DNA from: Candidatus Binatia bacterium
Lineage (GTDB): Bacteria > Desulfobacterota > Binatia > HRBIN30
Direction of reading: 5' to 3'
DNA: 64,000 bases
Assembly: GCA_038245295.1 (NCBI GenBank)
Contig: JBBRSP010000007.1
Span: 180,788 to 244,787, forward strand
The notes under the pieces are model-generated. The model made no database searches and was not told the origin of the DNA. It worked only from the letters and a program-made list of their open reading frames with translations. The stretch's first letter is position 1. Every line of letters starts with the position of its first letter. Of this stretch, positions 62,901 through 64,000 are shown in pieces. The position numbers were made by a program, and so were the translations under genes.

Positions 62901-63355
62901 ACCTCGCCGCCGCGCAGGTGACCGCCGACGTCCGGCGTGTCATCGACGCCTTGCAGCAGGCCGGGCTCCTGGGCGACGGCGTCATAGCGGCAACCGAATA
63001 TCCAATTGCCGGCGGTAGCGACCACGGACAACTCCTCAGCGGCTACATCGACTTCGTGGCGCAGACGCCGGAAGGCATCACCGTGGTCGACTTCAAGACC
63101 GATGCGCCGCGCGCGGGCGAGGTCGGTGTCGCGTTTCCGCGTTATGCGGCGCAGTTGCGCACGTACGTGGACTTGTTGCGGGCAGCTGGCATCGGCGAGA
63201 GCTTCCGCGCTGGTCTATTGTTTACCGCGACGGGCGAGATCCGCTGGATGTCGGCGTGGCCGACCGCAGGCTTGAGCCTGCGGCGTGATTTTGAGACAGT
63301 CTCCGGAGCCCGCGCCGACCATCCAACGCCGCCAATTTGGGGAATTCAGAGATAG
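59921..63355 (+). CDS. addA: AddA/RexA-like UvrD helicase-nuclease
   Basis: AGAGTGKT, TFTRRAA, TIHGF, VDEFQDTD, GDPKQSIYRFR, MTMHGAKGLEF, YVAATRAR; C-terminal GYID..VDFKT..QL..Y. Confidence 0.9.
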   Translation: MAPSIDDDARRRIVYEQGRNVFVVAGAGTGKTKTIIDRAVELLAPTTGAAAVPIQRMAVITFTRRAAGELRYRIREHLLRALESAARTQDTRVVQLRDALGSLDAAFIGTIHGFADRLLRLRPIEAELSPAYALVEDTADLIRETLLRLRRATDVEALRTTLGDRGVGIEEELLTQAVETLRAASRAGIPMDRSESGFGPAVSLEVLLARMIETRDVPIAAPPIPEARLDVACAAVERLDEMLAKLRGATPAHEQLRRAGIGLRRLHGVVDPADAVRIVQEVQRRREPYKRDFDGDSWAWTIAKEIRSSETTPGSIADRLKGPHRWLAVRLVRLMPVVLAMYDKVKAEHEVVDYLDLLIKLRDLLRNNLDARRFYQGLFDHIFVDEFQDTDPLQCEVVFYLCEQGCAAGDWNDVQLAAGKLTIVGDPKQSIYRFRRADIAMYGQAAERLRACGALEERLEVNFRSLPPLIDFFNQQLSRVIGRHDNDVLDAHRGIAFYEDLAAAAPPPESTKVVHILPYEGTNRDGVLAAEGRGIEAAMLARYVRWLLQTQHPVRDPETGKSRPVRPGDIAVLACVTTNLPLLLRQFDAWGIEFNARGGTLFVGHPVIRQYLLALRALADHDDGVAEAALLRPPIFGLDYEDLVVAQLNKDETDPRRARVSAARAIIKDLRQRRHQRSPGATARDLIERTALGRTVVTGANGAQTLNMLYEVASEIDRRAGLDGLDYDAVTEILRRWAQVPVFLDSPAPIGSDAVQVMTMHGAKGLEFPVVILWDGFQTFSDRGTTVWQVDRTRGEWAMSLGALTIEHPPDAGLLQRERGFGENERRRMYYVAATRARDLLVVPRPATRGQLEYCGKRLIEDADAELCEVFETYQPGRFPAWAKDLVPQGTPHLVGDAALDIQQTAAEERFAGMFKTSATPFAAPRGVTTAALSVEDDAVERREKVQKAVRGRFGASFGIAVHRSLQLAISFGVDVDTAVTRCTRLVERDTGEHLAAAQVTADVRRVIDALQQAGLLGDGVIAATEYPIAGGSDHGQLLSGYIDFVAQTPEGITVVDFKTDAPRAGEVGVAFPRYAAQLRTYVDLLRAAGIGESFRAGLLFTATGEIRWMSAWPTAGLSLRRDFETVSGARADHPTPPIWGIQR

Positions 63356-63612
63356 GTGAGAAACACCTGCATGGCGCCGAGCAACGCTTCGATGTCGGGA
63401 TACTTATGCAAATCGCGGTAGAGGGCGCCGTACATCGCCGAGGCACGCTGCTCGTCGATCGACTCGGAAGCGATCTCCGATTCCAGCATCTTCAGCATCG
63501 GTTGGGTCTCGAGTTTGGTTTCGACGGGAATCTCCTCGTCGAGAGCGATCAGCAAGCGGGTACGCTCGATCAATTTGAGGACCCGCTCTTCGTCGCTGCG
63601 CGCTACCGGCAT
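63346..63612 (-). CDS. Hypothetical helical protein
   Basis: 88-aa ORF with normal codon usage, directly downstream of the zinc-ribbon ORF. Confidence 0.7.
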   Translation of the reverse strand: MPVARSDEERVLKLIERTRLLIALDEEIPVETKLETQPMLKMLESEIASESIDEQRASAMYGALYRDLHKYPDIEALLGAMQVFLTYL

Positions 63613-63619
63613 TGGTTGC

Positions 63620-63799
63620 TCAGACGATCGTATCGCTGCAGTCCTGAAAGAAGCCGCAGTGTGGGCAACGCGCCTTACACTTCATCAGATACAACTTGCG
63701 GCTGCAGTTGGGACAGAAGGCGAGATGGGCCCAATCATCGGCCGCGGGCGGCGCCGCATCGATCGGCCTCACGTCGATTCGCTTGATCGGTGGCTGCAC
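63620..63799 (-). CDS. Small zinc-ribbon protein
   Basis: CPNC..L...CK..CPHCGFFQDCSD; GTG start at 63799 after GGGAAG. Confidence 0.7.
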   Translation of the reverse strand: MQPPIKRIDVRPIDAAPPAADDWAHLAFCPNCSRKLYLMKCKARCPHCGFFQDCSDTIV

Positions 63800-63871
63800 G
63801 GCATCTTCCCTACTGCGGCCGGCAGATGATCTCAACACCCTGGCAGTGGATGTCTGCCAGCGCAGGCTTCA

Positions 63872-64000
63872 GAGGCTGTCTCAAAACATAGGCTCACCCT
63901 TCGACGGGCTCAGGGCGAGCGGACAAAATGTCTTTGAAAATCAACCAAGCACCCGCTCAGGCTGAGCCTGTCGAAGCCGGCTCCGCAAGGTTTTGAGACA
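63872..64000 (+). mobile_element. MITE copy 3 (short variant, cut by the window end)
   Basis: CGCAGGC-TTCA then GAGGCTGTCTCAAAA...TTTTGAGACA; internal sequence matches copies 1 and 2 except for a 23-bp shorter segment. Confidence 0.9.

Noticed and set aside
56680..63355. Helicase plus Cas4-like nuclease as a new defence system
   Set aside because: Size, order, overlap and motifs match housekeeping AddB-AddA, and no cas or defence genes lie nearby.

Overview
A GC-rich bacterial chromosomal window made mostly of housekeeping and accessory genes. The gene content (hpnJ, AddAB, hisS-aspS, mfd-surA-pdxA, Thr/Pro-rich secreted proteins with dockerin-like ends) suggests a deltaproteobacterium-like organism such as Candidatus Binatia; this is an inference. 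Recognisable genes include an acyltransferase, a GntR regulator with a fatty-acid hydroxylase, a frameshifted FMN reductase, hpnJ, an aldehyde dehydrogenase, phoD, def, aspS, hisS, rpmB, a TolC/MacAB-type exporter, rfaE2, pgi, mutL, an RlmN-like enzyme, a MATE exporter, a CDF transporter, mfd, surA, pdxA, fabF, a split ADP-forming acyl-CoA synthetase, truC and addB/addA. I found no tRNA, rRNA, CRISPR array, prophage or autonomous transposase. The most unusual signal is non-coding: a layered set of mobile repeats. A ~157-bp MITE with GAGGCTGTCTCAAAA terminal inverted repeats occurs three times, each time inserted at the loop of the same REP hairpin (CGCAGGC-NNNN-GCCTGCG), and the loop is duplicated in both complete copies. 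The MITE carries a second REP family that shows a nested REP-in-REP polymorphism. A divergent relative sits in the loop of a third REP family. Other candidates are two structured RNAs between convergent genes at 23.5-23.9 kb, a leader-peptide/terminator attenuator upstream of the MATE and RlmN-like genes, and two secreted proteins with dockerin-like domains.
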